DNA of 64,000 nt. Origin: the human T2T-CHM13v2.0 reference genome, Homo sapiens. Below, one piece after another: positions 44,401-60,500 of the stretch (positions are counted from its first letter, which is position 1; every line of letters starts with the position of its first letter). The position numbers were made by a program, and so were the translations under genes. Below the pieces are notes generated by a model. That model searched no databases. It saw only the letters and a program-made list of their open reading frames with translations, and was not told where the DNA came from. Location of the stretch: assembly GCF_009914755.1 (NCBI RefSeq), contig NC_060939.1; one strand, given 5' to 3'.

Positions 44401-47400
44401 CGATTCCATTCCACTCGATTCCACTTCGTTCCATTTCATTGCATTCCATTCTATTCAACTCTATTGCCTTCCATTCCATTCCATTCGATTACATTCCATG
44501 CGATTCCATTCGAAATCGAATCAATTACATTGCAAACCATTACTATTGAGTCCGTTTTATTCCAGTCCACTGCATTCTTGTCCATTCCATTTGATTCCAT
44601 TCCATTCTATTCCATTCCATACAGTTGCATTCCATTGGATTCCATGCTATATCTATAAATTCAATTCGAGACCATTGCTTTTGAGTCCATTCTATATGAT
44701 TCCATTCCATTCAAGTCCATTACATTTGGTTCAATTCCATTCCATTCCATTCCCTTTCATTCCATTCCATTTGATATCAATCCATTCGATTCCATTCCAT
44801 TCGAGCACATTCCATTCGAGTCCATTCCATTCGATGCCATTCCATTTGATTCTATTCCATTAGTCTCCATTCAATTCCATTAATCTCCATTCCATTCCAT
44901 TCTACTCCAACTGATTCCATTCCATTCTATTCCTTTCCATTCCATTTCATTCCATTCCATTCCATTTCATTCCGTTCCATTCCACTCGTGTCCATTCCAC
45001 TCCAGTCCATTCCATTCGTGTCCATTCCATTCCAGTCCATTCCATTTGTGTCCACTGCATTCCATTCCACTCCATTCCATATTATTCCATTACACTCCAT
45101 TCCATTCTATTACTTTAATTTCCATTCAATTCCATTCCATTTGATTCCATTCCACTCGGTTTCATTCCATTTGAGTCCACTCCATTCCATTCCATTCCAT
45201 TCCATTCAGTTCCATTCCATTCCGTTCCATTACATTCCATTCCATTCGGTACCATTCCATATTGTTCCATTCGATTCCATTCGAATCCATTCCATTCCAG
45301 TCCATTCCATTCGATTCCATTCCATTCATTTCAATTCCATTCCATTCCATTCCATTCCATTCCACTTGATTCCTTTCCATTCCCTTCCACTGCATTCCGT
45401 TCGATTCCATTCCATTGCATTGCATTCCATTCCTTTGGATTGCATTCCATTCGATTCCATTCCATTCGAATCAATTACATAGCAATCCATTACATTCGAG
45501 TCTATTCTATTCCGTTCCATTCGATTTCGTTCCAATCCATTCGATTCCATTCCATTCGATTCCATTCCATACTATTGCATTCCATTCGATTACATTATAT
45601 TCGAATAAGTTCCATTCAAGACCATTTCTTTTGAGTCCATTCTATTTGAGTCCATTCCCTTTGATTCCATAACATTTGAGTCCATTCAATTCCATTCCTT
45701 TCGTTTCCATTGCATTTGATGCCATTCCATTCAATTCTGTTCTACTCGACTCCAATACATTCAATTCCATTCCATCCGATTCCATTACATTCTTTTCATT
45801 TCTTATCCATTTCAAGCCATTCCACTCCATTCCATTCCACTCGTTTCCTTTCCATTCGAGTCCATTCCTCTCCAGTCCATTCCGTTCAATCCATTCCATT
45901 CCAGTCCATTCCATTCGAGTCCGTTCCATTCCAGTCCATTCCATTCGAGTCAATTCCATCCCATTCGATGTCTTTCCATAACGATCTATTCCATTCTATT
46001 CCTTTCGATTCCATTCCATTCTATTTCATTCCATTCGATTCCCTTCCATTGGACTCCTTTCCATTCGAGTGCATTCCATTCCGTTCCATTTCTTTCCGTT
46101 CTGTACGATTCCTACCGTTCGATTTCATTTTGTTCCAGTCCATTCCTTTCGCGTCCATTCCATTCCATTTCACTCCATTCGATTCCATTCCACTCGATTC
46201 CACTTCGTTCCATTTCATTGCATTCCATTCTATTCAACTCTATTGCCTTCCATTCCATTCCATTCGATTACATTCCATGCGATTCCATTCGAAATCGAAT
46301 CAATTACATTGCAATCCATTACTATTGAGTCCATTTTATTCCAGTCCACTGCATTCTGGTCCATTCCATTTGATTCCATTCCATTCTATTCCATTCCATA
46401 CAGTTGCATTCCATTGAACTCCATTGTATATCTATAAATTCAATTCGAGACCATTGCTTTTGAGTCCATTCTATATGATTCCATTCCATTCAAGTCCATT
46501 ACATTTGGTTCAATTCCATTCCATTCCATTCCCTTCCATTCCATTCCAGTTGATATCAATCCATTCGATTCCATTCCATTCGAGCACATTCCATTCGAGT
46601 CCATTCCATTCGATGCCATTCCATTTGATTCTATTCCATTAGTCTCCATTCAATTCCATTAATCTCCATTCCATTCCATTCTACTCCAACTGATTCCATT
46701 CCATTCTATTCCTTTCCATTCCATTTCATTCCATTCCATTCCATTTCATTCCATTCCATTCCATTCCATTCCATTCGCTTCCATTCCATTCGTGTCCATT
46801 GCATTCCAGTCCATTCCGTTTGTGTCCACTGCATTCCATTCCACTCCATTCCATATTATTCCATTACACTCCATTCCATTCTATTACTTTCATTTCCATT
46901 GAATTCCATTCCATTTGATTCCATTCCACTCGGTTTCATTACATTTGAGTCCACTCCACTCCATTCCATTCCATTCCATTCCATTCAGTTCCATTCCATT
47001 CTGTTCCATTCCATTCCGTTCCATTGCATTCCATTCCATTCGGTACCATTCCATATTGTTCCATTCGATTCCATTCGAATCCATTCCATTCCAGTCCATT
47101 CCATTCGATTCCATTCCATTCCTTTCAATTCCATTCCATTCCATTCCATTCCACTTGATTCCACTCCATTCCCTTCCACTGCATTCCATTGCATTGCATT
47201 CCATTCCATTGGACTGCATTCCATTCGATTCCATTCCATTCGAATCAATTACATAGCAATCCATTACATTCGAGTCTATTCTATTGCGTTCCATTCGATT
47301 TCGTTCCAATCCATTCGATTCCATTCCATTCGATTCCATTCCATACTATTGCATTCCATTCTATTACATTATATTCGAAAAAGTTCCATTCAGGACCATT

Positions 47401-50400
47401 TCTTTTGAGTCCATTCTATTTGAGTCCATTCCCTTTGATTCCATAACATTTGAGTCCATTCAATTCCATTCCTTTCGTTTCCATTCCATTTGATGCCATT
47501 CCATTCAATTCTGTTCTACTCGACTCCAATACATTCAATTCCATTCCATCCGATTCCATTACATTCTTTTCATTTCTTATCCATTTCAAGCCATTCCACT
47601 CCATTCCATTCCACTCGTTTCCTTTCCATTCGAGTCCATTCCTCTCCAGTCCATTCCGTTCAGTCCATTCCATTCCAGTCCATTCCATTCGAGTCTGTTC
47701 CATTCCAGTCCATTCCATTCGAGTCAATTCCATCCCATTCGATGTCTTTCCATAACGATCCATTCCATTCTATTCCTTTCGATTCCATTCCATTCTATTT
47801 CATTCCATTCGATTCCCTTCCATTGGACTCCTTTCCATTCGAGTGCATTCCATTCCGTTCCATTTCTTTCCGTTCTGTACGATTCCTACCGTTCGATTTC
47901 ATTTTCTTCCAGTCCATTCTTTCGCGTCCATTCCATTCCATTTCACTCCATTCGATTCCATTCCACTCGATTCCACTTCGTTCCATTTCATTGCATTCCA
48001 TTCTATTCAACTCTATTGCCTTCCATTCCATTCCATTCGATTACATTCCATGCGATTCCATTCGAAATCGAATCAATTACATTGCAATCCATTACTATTG
48101 AGTCCGTTTTATTCCAGTCCACTGCATTCTGGTCCATTCCATTTGATTCCATTCCATTCTATTCCATTCCATACAGTTGCATTCCATTGGATTCCATGCT
48201 ATATCTATAAATTCAATTCGAGACCATTGCTTTTGAGTCCATTCTATATGATTCCATTCCATTCAAGTCCATTACATTTGGTTAAATTCCATTCCATTCG
48301 GTTCAATTCCATTCCATTCCATTCCCTTCCATTCCATTCCAGTTGATATCAATCCATTCGATTCCATTCCATTCGAGCACATTCCATTCGAGTCCATTCC
48401 ATTCGATGCCATTCCATTTGATTCTATTCCATTAGTCTCCATTCAATTCCATTAATCTCCATTCCATTCCATTCTACTCCAACTGATTCCATTCCATTCT
48501 ATTCCTTTCCATTCCATTTCATTCCATTCCATTCCATTCCATTCCATTCCATTCCATTCCATTCGTGTCCATTCCACTCCAGTCCATTCCATTCGTATCC
48601 ATTCCATTCCAGTCCATTCCATTTGTGTCCACTGCATTCCATTCCACTCCATTCCATATTATTCCATTACACTCCATTCCATTCTATTACTTTCATTTCC
48701 ATTCAATTCCATTCCATTTGATTCCATTCCACTCGGTTTCATTCCATTTGAGTCCACTCCATTCCATTCCATTCCATTCAGTTCCATTCCATTCTGTTCC
48801 ATTCCATTCCGTTCCGTTACACTCCATTCCATTCGGTACCATTCCATATTGTTCCATTCGATTCCATTCGAATCCATTCCATTCCAGTCCATTCCATTCG
48901 ATTCCATTCCATTCATTTCAATTCCATTCCATTCCATTCCATTACATTCCACTTGATTCCTCTCCATTCACTTCCACTGCATTCCGTTCGATTCCATTCC
49001 ATTGCATTGCATTCCATTCCATTGGATTGCATTCCATTCGATTCCATTCCATTCGAATCAATTACATAGCAATCCATTACATTCGAGTCTATTCTCTTCT
49101 GTTCCATTCGATTTCGTTCCAATCCATTCGATTCCATTCCATTCGATTCCATTCCATACTATTGCATTCCATTCTATTACATTATATTCGAATAAGTTCC
49201 ATTCAAGACCATTTCTTTTGAGTCCATTCTATTTGAGTCCATTCCCTTTGATTCCATAACATTTGAGTCCATTCAATTCCATTCCTTTCGTTTCCATTCC
49301 ATTTGATGCCATTCCATTCAATTCTGTTCTACTCGACTCCAATACATTCAATTCCATTCCATCCGATTCCATTACATTCTTTTCATTTCTTATCCATTTC
49401 AAGCCATTCCACTCCATTCCATTCCACTCGTTTCCTTTCCATTCGAGTCCATTCCTCTCCAGTCCATTCCGTTCAATCCATTCCATTCCAGTCCATTCCA
49501 TTCGAGTCCGTTCCATTCCAGTCCATTCCATTCGAGTCAATTCCATTCCATTCGATGTCTTTCCATAACGATCCATTTCATTCTATTCCTTTCGATTCCA
49601 TTCCATTCTATTTCATTCCATTCGATTCCCTTCCATTGGACTCCTTTCCATTCGAGTGCATTCCATTCCGTTCCATTTCTTTCCGTTCTGTACGATTCCT
49701 ACCGTTCGATTTCATTTTGTTCCAGTCCATTCTTTCGCGTCCATTCCATTCCATTTCACTCCATTCGATTCCATTCCACTCAATTCCACTTCGTTCCATT
49801 TCATTGCATTCCATTCTATTCAACTCTATTGCCTTCCATTCCATTCCATTCGATTACATTCCATGCGATTCCGTTCGAAATCGAATCAATTACATTGCAA
49901 TCCATTACTATTGAGTCCATTTTATTCCAGTCCACTGCATTCTGGTCCATTCCATTTGATTCCATTCCATTCTATTCCATTCCATACAGTTGCATTCCAT
50001 TGGATTCCATGCTATATCTATAAATTCAATTCGAGACCATTGCTTTTGAGTCCATTCTATATGATTCCATTCCATTCAAGTCCATTACATTTGGTTAAAT
50101 TCCATTCCATTCGGTTCAATTCCATTCCATTCCATTCCCTTCCATTCCATTCCAGTTGATATCAATCCATTCGATTCCATTCCATTCGAGCACATTCCAT
50201 TCGAGTCCATTCCATTCGATGCCATTCCATTTGATTCTATTCCATTAGTCTCCATTCAATTCCATTAATCTCCATTCCATTCCATTCTACTCCAACTGAT
50301 TCCATTCCATTCTATTCTTTTCCATTCCATTTCATTCCATTCCATTCAATTCCATTCCATTCCATTCCATTCGTGTCCATTCCACTCCAGTCCATTCCAT

Positions 50401-53400
50401 TGGTATCCATTCCATTCCAGTCCATTCCATTTGTGTCCACTGCATTCCATTCCACTCCATTCCATATTATTCCATTACACTCCATTCCATTCTATTACTT
50501 TCATTTCCATTCAATTCCATTCCATTTGATTCCATTCCACTCGGTTTCATTCCATTTGAGTCCACTCCATTCCATTCCATTCCATTCAGTTCCATTCCAT
50601 TCTGTTCCATTCCATTCCGTTCCATTACATTCCATTCCATTCGGTACCATTCCATATTGTTCCATTCGATTCCATTCGAATCCATTCCATTCCAGTCCAT
50701 TCCATTCGATTCCATTCCATTCATTTCAATTCCATTCCATTCCATTCCATTACATTCCACTTGATTCCTCTCCATTCCCTTCCACTGCATTCCGTTCGAT
50801 TCCATTCCATTGCATTGCATTCCATTCCATTGGATTGCATTCCATTCGATTCCATTCCATTCGAATCAATTACATAGCAATCCATTACATTCGAGTCTAT
50901 TCTCTTCCGTTCCATTCGATTTCGTTCCAATCCATTCGATTCCATTCCATTCGATTCCATTCCATACTATTGCATTCCATTCGATTACATTATATTCGAA
51001 TACGTTCCATTCAAGACCATTTCTTTTGAGTCCATTCTATTTGAGTCCATTCCCTTTGATTCCATAACATTTGAGTCCATTCAATTCCATTCCTTTCGTT
51101 TCCATTCCATTTGATGCCATTCCATTCAATTCTGTTCTACTCGACTCCAATACATTCAATTCCATTCCATCCGATTCCATTACATTCTTTTCATTTCTTA
51201 TCCATTTCAAGCCATTCCACTCCATTCCATTCCACTCGTTTCCTTTCCATTCGAGTCCATTCCTCTCCAGTCCATTCCGTTCAATCCATTCCATTCCAGT
51301 CCATTCCATTCGAGTCCGTTCCATTCCAGTCCATTCCATTCGAGTCAATTCCATTCCATTCGATGTCTTTCCATAACGATCCATTCCATTCTATTCCTTT
51401 CGATTCCATTCCATTCTATTTCATTCCATTCGATTCCCTTCCATTGGACTCCTTTCCATTCGAGTGCATTCCATTCCGTTCCATTTCTTTCCGTTCTGTA
51501 CGATTCCTACCGTTCGATTTCATTTTGTTCCAGTCCATTCTTTCGCGTCCATTCCATTCCATTTCACTCCATTCGATTCCATTCCACTCGATTCCACTTC
51601 GTTCCATTTCATTGCATTCCATTCTATTCAACTCTAATGCCTTCCATTCCATTCCATTCCATTACATTCCATGCGATTCCATTCGAAATCGAATCAATTA
51701 CATTGCAATCCATTACTATTGAGTCCGTTTTATTCCAGTCCACTGCATTCTGGTCCATTCCATTTGATTCCATTCCATTCTATTCCATTCCATACAGTTG
51801 CATTCCATTGGATTCCATGCTATATCTATAAATTCAATTCGAGACCATTGCTTTTGAGTCCATTCTATATGATTCCATTCCATTCAAGTCCATTACATTT
51901 GGTTAAATTCCATTCCATTCGGTTCAATTCCATTCCATTCCATTCCCTTCCATTCCATTCCAGTTGATATCAATCCATTCGATTCCATTCCATTCGAGCA
52001 CATTCCATTCGAGTCCATTCCATTCGATGCCATTCCATTTGATTCTATTCCATTAGTCTCCATTCAATTCCATTAATCTCCATTCCATTCCATTCTACTC
52101 CAACTGATTCCATTCCATTCTATTCCTTTTTATTCCATTTCATTCCATTCCATTCCATTCCATTCCATTCCATTCCATTCGTGTCCATTCCACTCCAGTC
52201 CATTCCATTCGTATCCATTCCATTCCAGTCCATTCCATTTGTGTCCACTGCATTCCATTCCACTCCATTCCATATTATTCCATTACACTCCATTCCATTC
52301 TATTACTTTCATTTCCATTCAATTCCATTCCATTTGATTCCATTCCACTCGGTTTCATTCCATTTGAGTCCACTCCATTCCATTCCATTCCATTCAGTTC
52401 CATTCCATTCTGTTCCATTCCATTCCGTTCCGTTACATTCCATTCCATTCGGTATCATTCCATATTGTTCCATTCGATTCCATTCGAATCCATTCCATTC
52501 CAGTCCATTCCATTCGATTCCATTCCATTCATTTCAATTCCATTCCATTCCATTCCATTACATTCCACTTGATTCCTCTCCATTCACTTCCACTGCATTC
52601 CGTTCGATTCCATTCCATTGCATTGCATTCCATTCCATTGGATTGCATTCCATTCGATTCCATTCCATTCGAATCAATTACATAGCAATCCATTACATTC
52701 GAGTCTATTCTCTTCCGTTCCATTCGATTTCGTTCCAATCCATTCGATTCCATTCCATTCGATTCCATTCCATACTATTGCATTTCATTCGATTACATTA
52801 TATTCGAATAAGTTCCATTCAAGACCATTTCTTTTGAGTCCATTCTATTTGAGTCCATTCCCTTTGAATCCATAACATTTGAGTCCATTCAATTCCATTC
52901 CTTTCGTTTTCATTCCATTTGATGCCATTCCATTCAATTCTGTTCTACTCGACTCCAATACATTCAATTCCATTCCATCCGATTCCATTACATTCTTTTC
53001 ATTTCTTATCCATTTCAAGCCATTCCACTCCATTCCATTCCACTCGTTTCCTTTCCATTCGAGTCCATTCCTCTCCAGTCCATTCCGTTCAATCCATTCC
53101 ATTCCAGTCCATTCCATTCGAGTCCGTTCCATTCCAGTCCATTCCATTCGAGTCAATTCCATTCCATTCGATGTCTTTCCATAACGATCCATTCCATTCT
53201 ATTCCTTTCGATTCCATTCCATTCTATTTCATTCCATTCGATTCCCTTCCATTGGACTCCTTTCCATTCGAGTGCATTCCATTCCGTTCCATTTCTTTCC
53301 GTTCTTTACGATTCCTACCGTTCGATTTCATTTTGTTCCAGTCCATTCTTTCGCGTCCATTCCATTCCATTTCACTCCATTCGATTCCATTCCACTCGAT

Positions 53401-56400
53401 TCCACTTCGTTCCATTTCATTGCATTCCATTCTATTCAACTCTATTGCCTTCCATTCCATTCCATTCCATTACATTCCATGCGATTCCATTCGAAATCGA
53501 ATCAATTACATTGCAATCCATTACTATTGAGTCCGTTTTATTCCAGTCCACTGCATTCTGGTCCATTCCATTTGATTCCATTCCATTCTATTCCATTGCA
53601 TACAGTTGCATTCCATTGGATTCCATGCTATATCTATAAATTCAATTCGAGACCATTGCTTTTGAGTCCATTCTATATGATTCCATTCCATTCAAGTCCA
53701 TTACATTTGGTTAAATTCCATTCCATTCGGTTCAATTCCATTCCATTCCATTCCCTTCCATTCCATTCCAGTTGATATCAATCCATTCGATTCCATTCCA
53801 TTCGAGCACATTCCATTCGAGTCCATTCCATTCGATGCCATTCCATTTGATTCTATTCCATTAGTCTCCATTCAATTCCATTAATCTCCATTCCATTCCA
53901 TTCTACTCCAACTGATTCCATTCCATTCTATTCTTTTCCATTCCATTTCATTCCATTCCATTCCATTCCATTCCATTCCATTCCATTCGTGTCCATTCCA
54001 CTCCAGTCCATTCCATTCGTATCCATTCCATTCCAGTCCATTCCATTTGTGTCCACTGCATTCCATTCCACTCCATTCCATATTATTCCATTACACTCCA
54101 TTCCATTCTATTACTTTCATTTCCATTCAATTCCATTCCATTTGATTCCATTCCACTCGGTTTCATTCCATTTGAGTCCACTCCATTCCATTCCATTCCA
54201 TTCAGTTCCATTCCATTCTGTTCCATTCCATTCCGTTCCATTACATTCCATTCCATTCGGTATCATTCCATATTGTTCCATTCGATTCCATTCGAATCCA
54301 TTCCATTCCAGTCCATTCCATTCGATTCCATTCCATTCATTTCAATTCCATTCCATTCCATTCCATTACATTCCACTTGATTCCTCTCCATTCCCTTCCA
54401 CTGCATTCCGTTCAATTCCATTCCATTGCATTGCATTCCATTCCATTGGATTGCATTCCATTCGATTCCATTCCATTCGAATCAATTACATAGCAATCCA
54501 TTACATTCGAGTCTATTCTCTTCCGTTCCATTCGATTTCGTTCCAATCCATTCGATTCCATTCCATTCGATTCCATTCCATACTATTGCATTCCATTCGA
54601 TTACATTATATTCGAATACGTTCCATTCAAGACCATTTCTTTTGAGTCCATTCTATTTGAGTCCATTCCCTTTGATTCCATAACATTTGAGTCCATTCAA
54701 TTCCATTCCTTTCGTTTCCATTCCATTTGATGCCATTCCATTCAATTCTGTTCTACTCGACTCCAATACATTCAATTCCATTCCATCCGATTCCATTACA
54801 TTCTTTTCATTTCTTATCCATTTCAAGCCATTCCACTCCATTCCATTCCACTCGTTTCCTTTCCATTCGAGTCCATTCCTCTCCAGTCCATTCCGTTCAA
54901 TCCATTCCATTCCAGTCCATTCCATTCGAGTCCGTTCCATTCCAGTCCATTCCATTCGAGTCAATTCCATTCCATTCGATGTCTTTCCATAACGATCCAT
55001 TCCATTCTATTCCTTTCGATTCCATTCCATTCTATTTCATTCCATTCGATTCCCTTCCATTGGACTCCTTTCCATTCGAGTGCATTCCATTCCGTTCCAT
55101 TTCTTTCCGTTCTGTACGATTCCTACCGTTCGATTTCATTTTGTTCCAGTCCATTCTTTCGCGTCCATTCCATTCCATTTCACTCCATTCGATTCCATTC
55201 CACTCGATTCCACTTCGTTCCATTTCATTGCATTCCATTCTATTCAACTCTATTGCCTTCCATTCCATTCCATTCGATTACATTCCATGCGATTCCATTC
55301 GAAATCGAATCAATTACATTGCAATCCATTACTATTGAGTCCATTTTATTCCAGTCCACTGCATTCTGGTCCATTCCATTTGATTCCATTCCATTCTATT
55401 CCATTCCATACAGTTGCATTCCATTGGATTCCATTGTATATCTATAAATTCAATTCGAGACCATTGCTTTTGAGTCCATTCTATATGATTCCATTCCATT
55501 CAAGTCCATTACATTTGGTTGAATTCCATTCCATTCCATTCCCATCCATTCCATTCCAGTTGATATCAATCCATTCGATTCCATTCCATTCGAGCACATT
55601 CCATTCGAGTCCATTCCATTCGATGCCATTCCATTTGATTCTATTCCATTAGTCTCCATTCAATTCCATTAATCTCCATTCCATTCCATTCTACTCCAAC
55701 TGATTCCATTCCATTCTATTCCTTTCCATTCCATTTCATTCCATTCCATTCCATTTCATTCCATTCCATTCCATTCCATTCCATTCGCTTCCATTCCATT
55801 CGTGTCCATTGCATTCCAGTCCATTCCATTTGTGTCCACTGCATTCCATTCCACTCCATTCCATATTATTCCATTACACTCCATTCCATTCTATTACTTT
55901 CATTTCCATTGAATTCCATTCCATTTGATTCCATTCCACTCGGTTTCATTCCATTTGAGTCCACTCCACTCCATTCCATTCCATTCCATTCCATTCAGTT
56001 CCATTCCATTCTGTTCCATTCCATTCCGTTCCATTGCATTCCATTCCATTCGGTACCATTCCATATTGTTCCATTCGATTCCATTCGAATCCATTCCATT
56101 CCAGTCCATTCCATTCGATTCCATTCCATTCCTTTCAATTCCATTCCATTCCATTCCATTCCACTTGATTCCACTCCATTCCCTTCCACTGCATTCCATT
56201 GCATTGCATTCCATTCCATTGGACTGCATTCCATTCGATTCCATTCCATTCGAATCAATTACATAGCAATCCATTACATTCGAGTCTATTCTATTCCGTT
56301 CCATTCGATTTCGTTCCAATCCATTCGATTCCATTCCATTCGATTCCATTCCATACTATTGCATTCCATTCTATTACATTATATTCGAATAAGTTCCATT

Positions 56401-57579
56401 CAAGACCATTTCTTTTGAGTCCATTCTATTTGAGTCCATTCCCTTTGATTCCATAACATTTGAGTCCATTCAATTCCATTCCTTTCGTTTCCATTCCATT
56501 TGATGCCATTCCATTCAATTCTGTTCTACTCGACTCCAATACATTCAATTCCATTCCATCCGATTCCATTACATTCTTTTCATTTCTTATCCATTTCAAG
56601 CCATTCCACTCCATTCCATTCCACTCGTTTCCTTTCCATTCGAGTCCATTCCTCTCCAGTCCATTCCGTTCAATCCATTCCATTCCAGTCCATTCCATTC
56701 GAGTCCGTTCCATTCCAGTCCATTCCATTCGAGTCAATTCCATCCCATTCGATGTCTTTCCATAACGATCCATTCCATTCTATTCCTTTCGATTCCATTC
56801 CATTCTATTTCATTCCATTCGATTCCCTTCCATTGGACTCCTTTCTATTCGAGTGCATTCCATTCCGTTCCATTTCTTTCCGTTCTGTACGATTCCTACC
56901 GTTCGATTTCATTTTCTTCCAGGCCATTCTTTCGCGTCCATTCCATTCCATTTCACTCCATTCGATTCCATTCCACTCGATTCCACTTCGTTCCATTTCA
57001 TTGCATTCCATTCTATTCAACTCTATTGCCTTCCATTCCATTCCATTCGATTACATTCCATGCGATTCCATTCGAAATCGAATCAATTACATTGCAATCC
57101 ATTACTATTGAGTCCGTTTTATTCCAGTCCACTGCATTCTGGTCCATTCCATTTGATTCCATTCCATTCTATTCCATTCCATACAGTTGCATTCCATTGG
57201 ATTCCATGCTATATCTATAAATTCAATTCGAGACCATTGCTTTTGAGTCCATTCTATATGATTCCATTCCATTCAAGTCCATTACATTTGGTTAAATTCC
57301 ATTCCATTCGGTTCAATTCCATTCCATTCCATTCCCTTCCATTCCATTCCAGTTGATATCAATCCATTCGATTCCATTCCATTCGAGCACATTCCATTCG
57401 AGTCCATTCCATTCGATGCCATTCCATTTGATTCTATTCCATTAGTCTCCATTCAATTCCATTAATCTCCATTCCATTCCATTCTACTCCAACTGATTCC
57501 ATTCCATTCTATTCCTTTCCATTCCATTTCATTCCATTCCATTCCATTCCATTCCATTCCATTCCATTCCATTCCATTC
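32441..57579 (+). repeat. 14-monomer super-repeat, copy B (25,139 bp)
   Basis: Rare variant ORFs recur at exactly +25,139: 18798/43937, 19849/44988, 21760/46899, 26532/51671, 29941/55080, 30770/55909. Confidence 0.93.
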
Positions 57580-60500
57580 GTGTCCATTCCACTCCAGTCC
57601 ATTCCATTCGTATCCATTCCATTCCAGTCCATTCCATTTGTGTCCACTGCATTCCATTCCACTCCATTCCATATTATTCCATTACACTCCATTCCATTCT
57701 ATTACTTTCATTTCCATTCAATTCCATTCCATTTGATTCCATTCCACTCGGTTTCATTCCATTTGAGTCCACTCCATTCCATTCCATTCCATTCAGTTCC
57801 ATTCGATTCTGTTCCATTCCATTCCGTTCCGTTACATTCCATTCCATTCGGTACCATTCCATATTGTTCCATTCGATTCCATTCGAATCCATTCCATTCC
57901 AGTCCATTCCATTCGATTCCATTCCATTCATTTCAATTCCATTCCATTCCATTCCATTACATTCCACTTGATTCCTCTCCATTCCCTTCCACTGCATTCC
58001 GTTCGATTCCATTCCATTGCATTGCATTCCATTCCATTGGATTGCATTCCATTCGATTCCATTCCATTCGAATCAATTACATAGCAATCCATTACATTCG
58101 AGTCTATTCTCTTCCGTTCCATTCGATTTCGTTCCAATCCATTCGATTCCATTCCATTCGATTCCATTCCATACTATTGCATTCCATTCCATTACATTAT
58201 ATTCGAATAAGTTCCATTCAAGACCATTTCTTTTGAGTCCATTCTATTTGAGTCCATTCCCTTTGATTCCATAACATTTGAGTCCATTCAATTCCATTCC
58301 TTTCGTTTCCATTCCATTTGATGCCATTCCATTCAATTCTGTTCTACTCGACTCCAATACATTCAATTCCATTCCATCCGATTCCATTACATTCTTTTCA
58401 TTTCTTATCCATTTCAAGCCATTCCACTCCATTCCATTCCACTCGTTTCCTTTCCATTCGAGTCCATTCCTCTCCAGTCCATTCCGTTCAATCCATTCCA
58501 TTCCAGTCCATTCCATTCGAGTCCGTTCCATTCCAGTCCATTCCATTCGAGTCAATTCCATCCCATTCGATGTCTTTCCTTAACGATCCATTCCATTCTA
58601 TTCCTTTCGATTCCATTCCATTCTATTTCATTCCATTCGATTCCCTTCCATTGGACTCCTTTCCATTCGAGTGCATTCCATTCCGTTCCATTTCTTTCCG
58701 TTCTGTACGATTCCTACCGTTCGATTTCATTTTGTTCCAGTCCATTCTTTCGCGTCCATTCCATTCCATTTCACTCCATTCGATTCCATTCCACTCGATT
58801 CCACTTCGTTCCATTTCATTGCATTCCATTCTATTCAACTCTATTGCCTTCCATTCCATTCCATTCGATTACATTCCATGCGATTCCATTCGAAATCGAA
58901 TCAATTACATTGCAATCCATTACTATTGAGTCCGTTTTATTCCAGTCCACTGCATTCTGGTCCATTCCATTTGATTCCATTCCATTCTATTCCATTCCAT
59001 ACAGTTGCATTCCATTGGATTCCATGCTATATCTATAAATTCAATTCGAGACCATTCCTTTTGAGTCCATTCTATATGATTCCATTCCATTCAAGTCCAT
59101 TACATTTGGTTAAATTCCATTCCATTCGGTTCAATTCCATTCCATTCCATTCACTTCCATTCCATTCCAGTTGATATCAATCCATTCGATTCCATTCCAT
59201 TCGAGCACATTCCATTCGAGTCCATTCCATTCGATGCCATTCCATTTGATTCTATTCCATTAGTCTCCATTCAATTCCATTAATCTCCATTCCATTCCAT
59301 TCTACTCCAACTGATTCCATTCCATTCTATTCCTTTCCATTCCATTTCATTCCATTCCATTCCATTCCATTCGTGTCCATTCCACTCCAGTCCATTCCAT
59401 TCGTATCCATTCCATTCCAGTCCATTCCATTTGTGTCCACTGCATTCCATTCCACTCCATTCCACATTATTCCATTACACTCCATTCCATTCTATTACTT
59501 TCATTTCCATTCAATTCCATTCCATTTGATTCCATTCCACTCGGTTTCATTCCATTTGAGTCCACTCCATTCCATTCCATTCCATTCAGTTCCATTCCAT
59601 TCTGTTCCATTCCATTCCGTTCCATTACATTCCATTCCATTCGGTACCATTCCATATTGTTCCATTCGATTCCATTCGAATCCATTCCATTCCAGTCCAT
59701 TCCATTCGATTCCATTCCATTCCTTTCAATTCCATTCCATTCCATTCCATTACATTCCACTTGATTCCTCTCCATTCCCTTCCACTGCATTCCGTTCGAT
59801 TCCATTCGATTGCATTGCATTCCATTCCATTGGATTGCATTCCATTCGATTCCATTCCATTCGAATCAATTACATAGCAATCCATTACATTCGAGTCTAT
59901 TCTCTTCCGTTCCATTCGATTTCGTTCCAATCCATTCGATTCCATTCCATTCGATTCCATTCTATACTATTGCATTCCATTCGATTACATTATATTCGAA
60001 TAAGTTCCATTCAAGACCATTTCTTTTGAGTCCATTCTATTTGAGTCCATTCCCTTTGATTCCATAACATTTGAGTCCATTCAATTCCATTCCTTTCGTT
60101 TCCATTCCATTTGATGCCATTCCATTCAATTCTGTTCTACTCGACTCCAATACATTCAATTCCATTCCTTCCGATTCCATTACATTCTTTTCATTTCTTA
60201 TCCATTTCAAGCCATTCCACTCCATTCCATTCCACTCGTTTCCTTTCCATTCGAGTCCATTCCTCTCCAGTCCATTCCGTTCAATCCATTCCATTCCAGT
60301 CCATTCCATTCGAGTCCGTTCCATTCCAGTCCATTCCATTCGAGTCAGTTCCATCCCATTCGATGTCTTTCCATAACGATCCATTCCATTCTATTCCTTT
60401 CGATTCCATTCCATTCTATTTCATTCCATTCGATTCCCTTCCATTGGACTCCTTTCCATTGGAGTGCATTCCATTCCGTTCCATTTCTTTCCGTTCTGTA

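Noticed and set aside
7302-57579. 25-kb duplication as a pure assembly artefact
   Set aside because: The copies differ at several sites, some of them CpG transitions and some shared by B and C only, which favours a real duplication. It cannot be fully excluded without reads.
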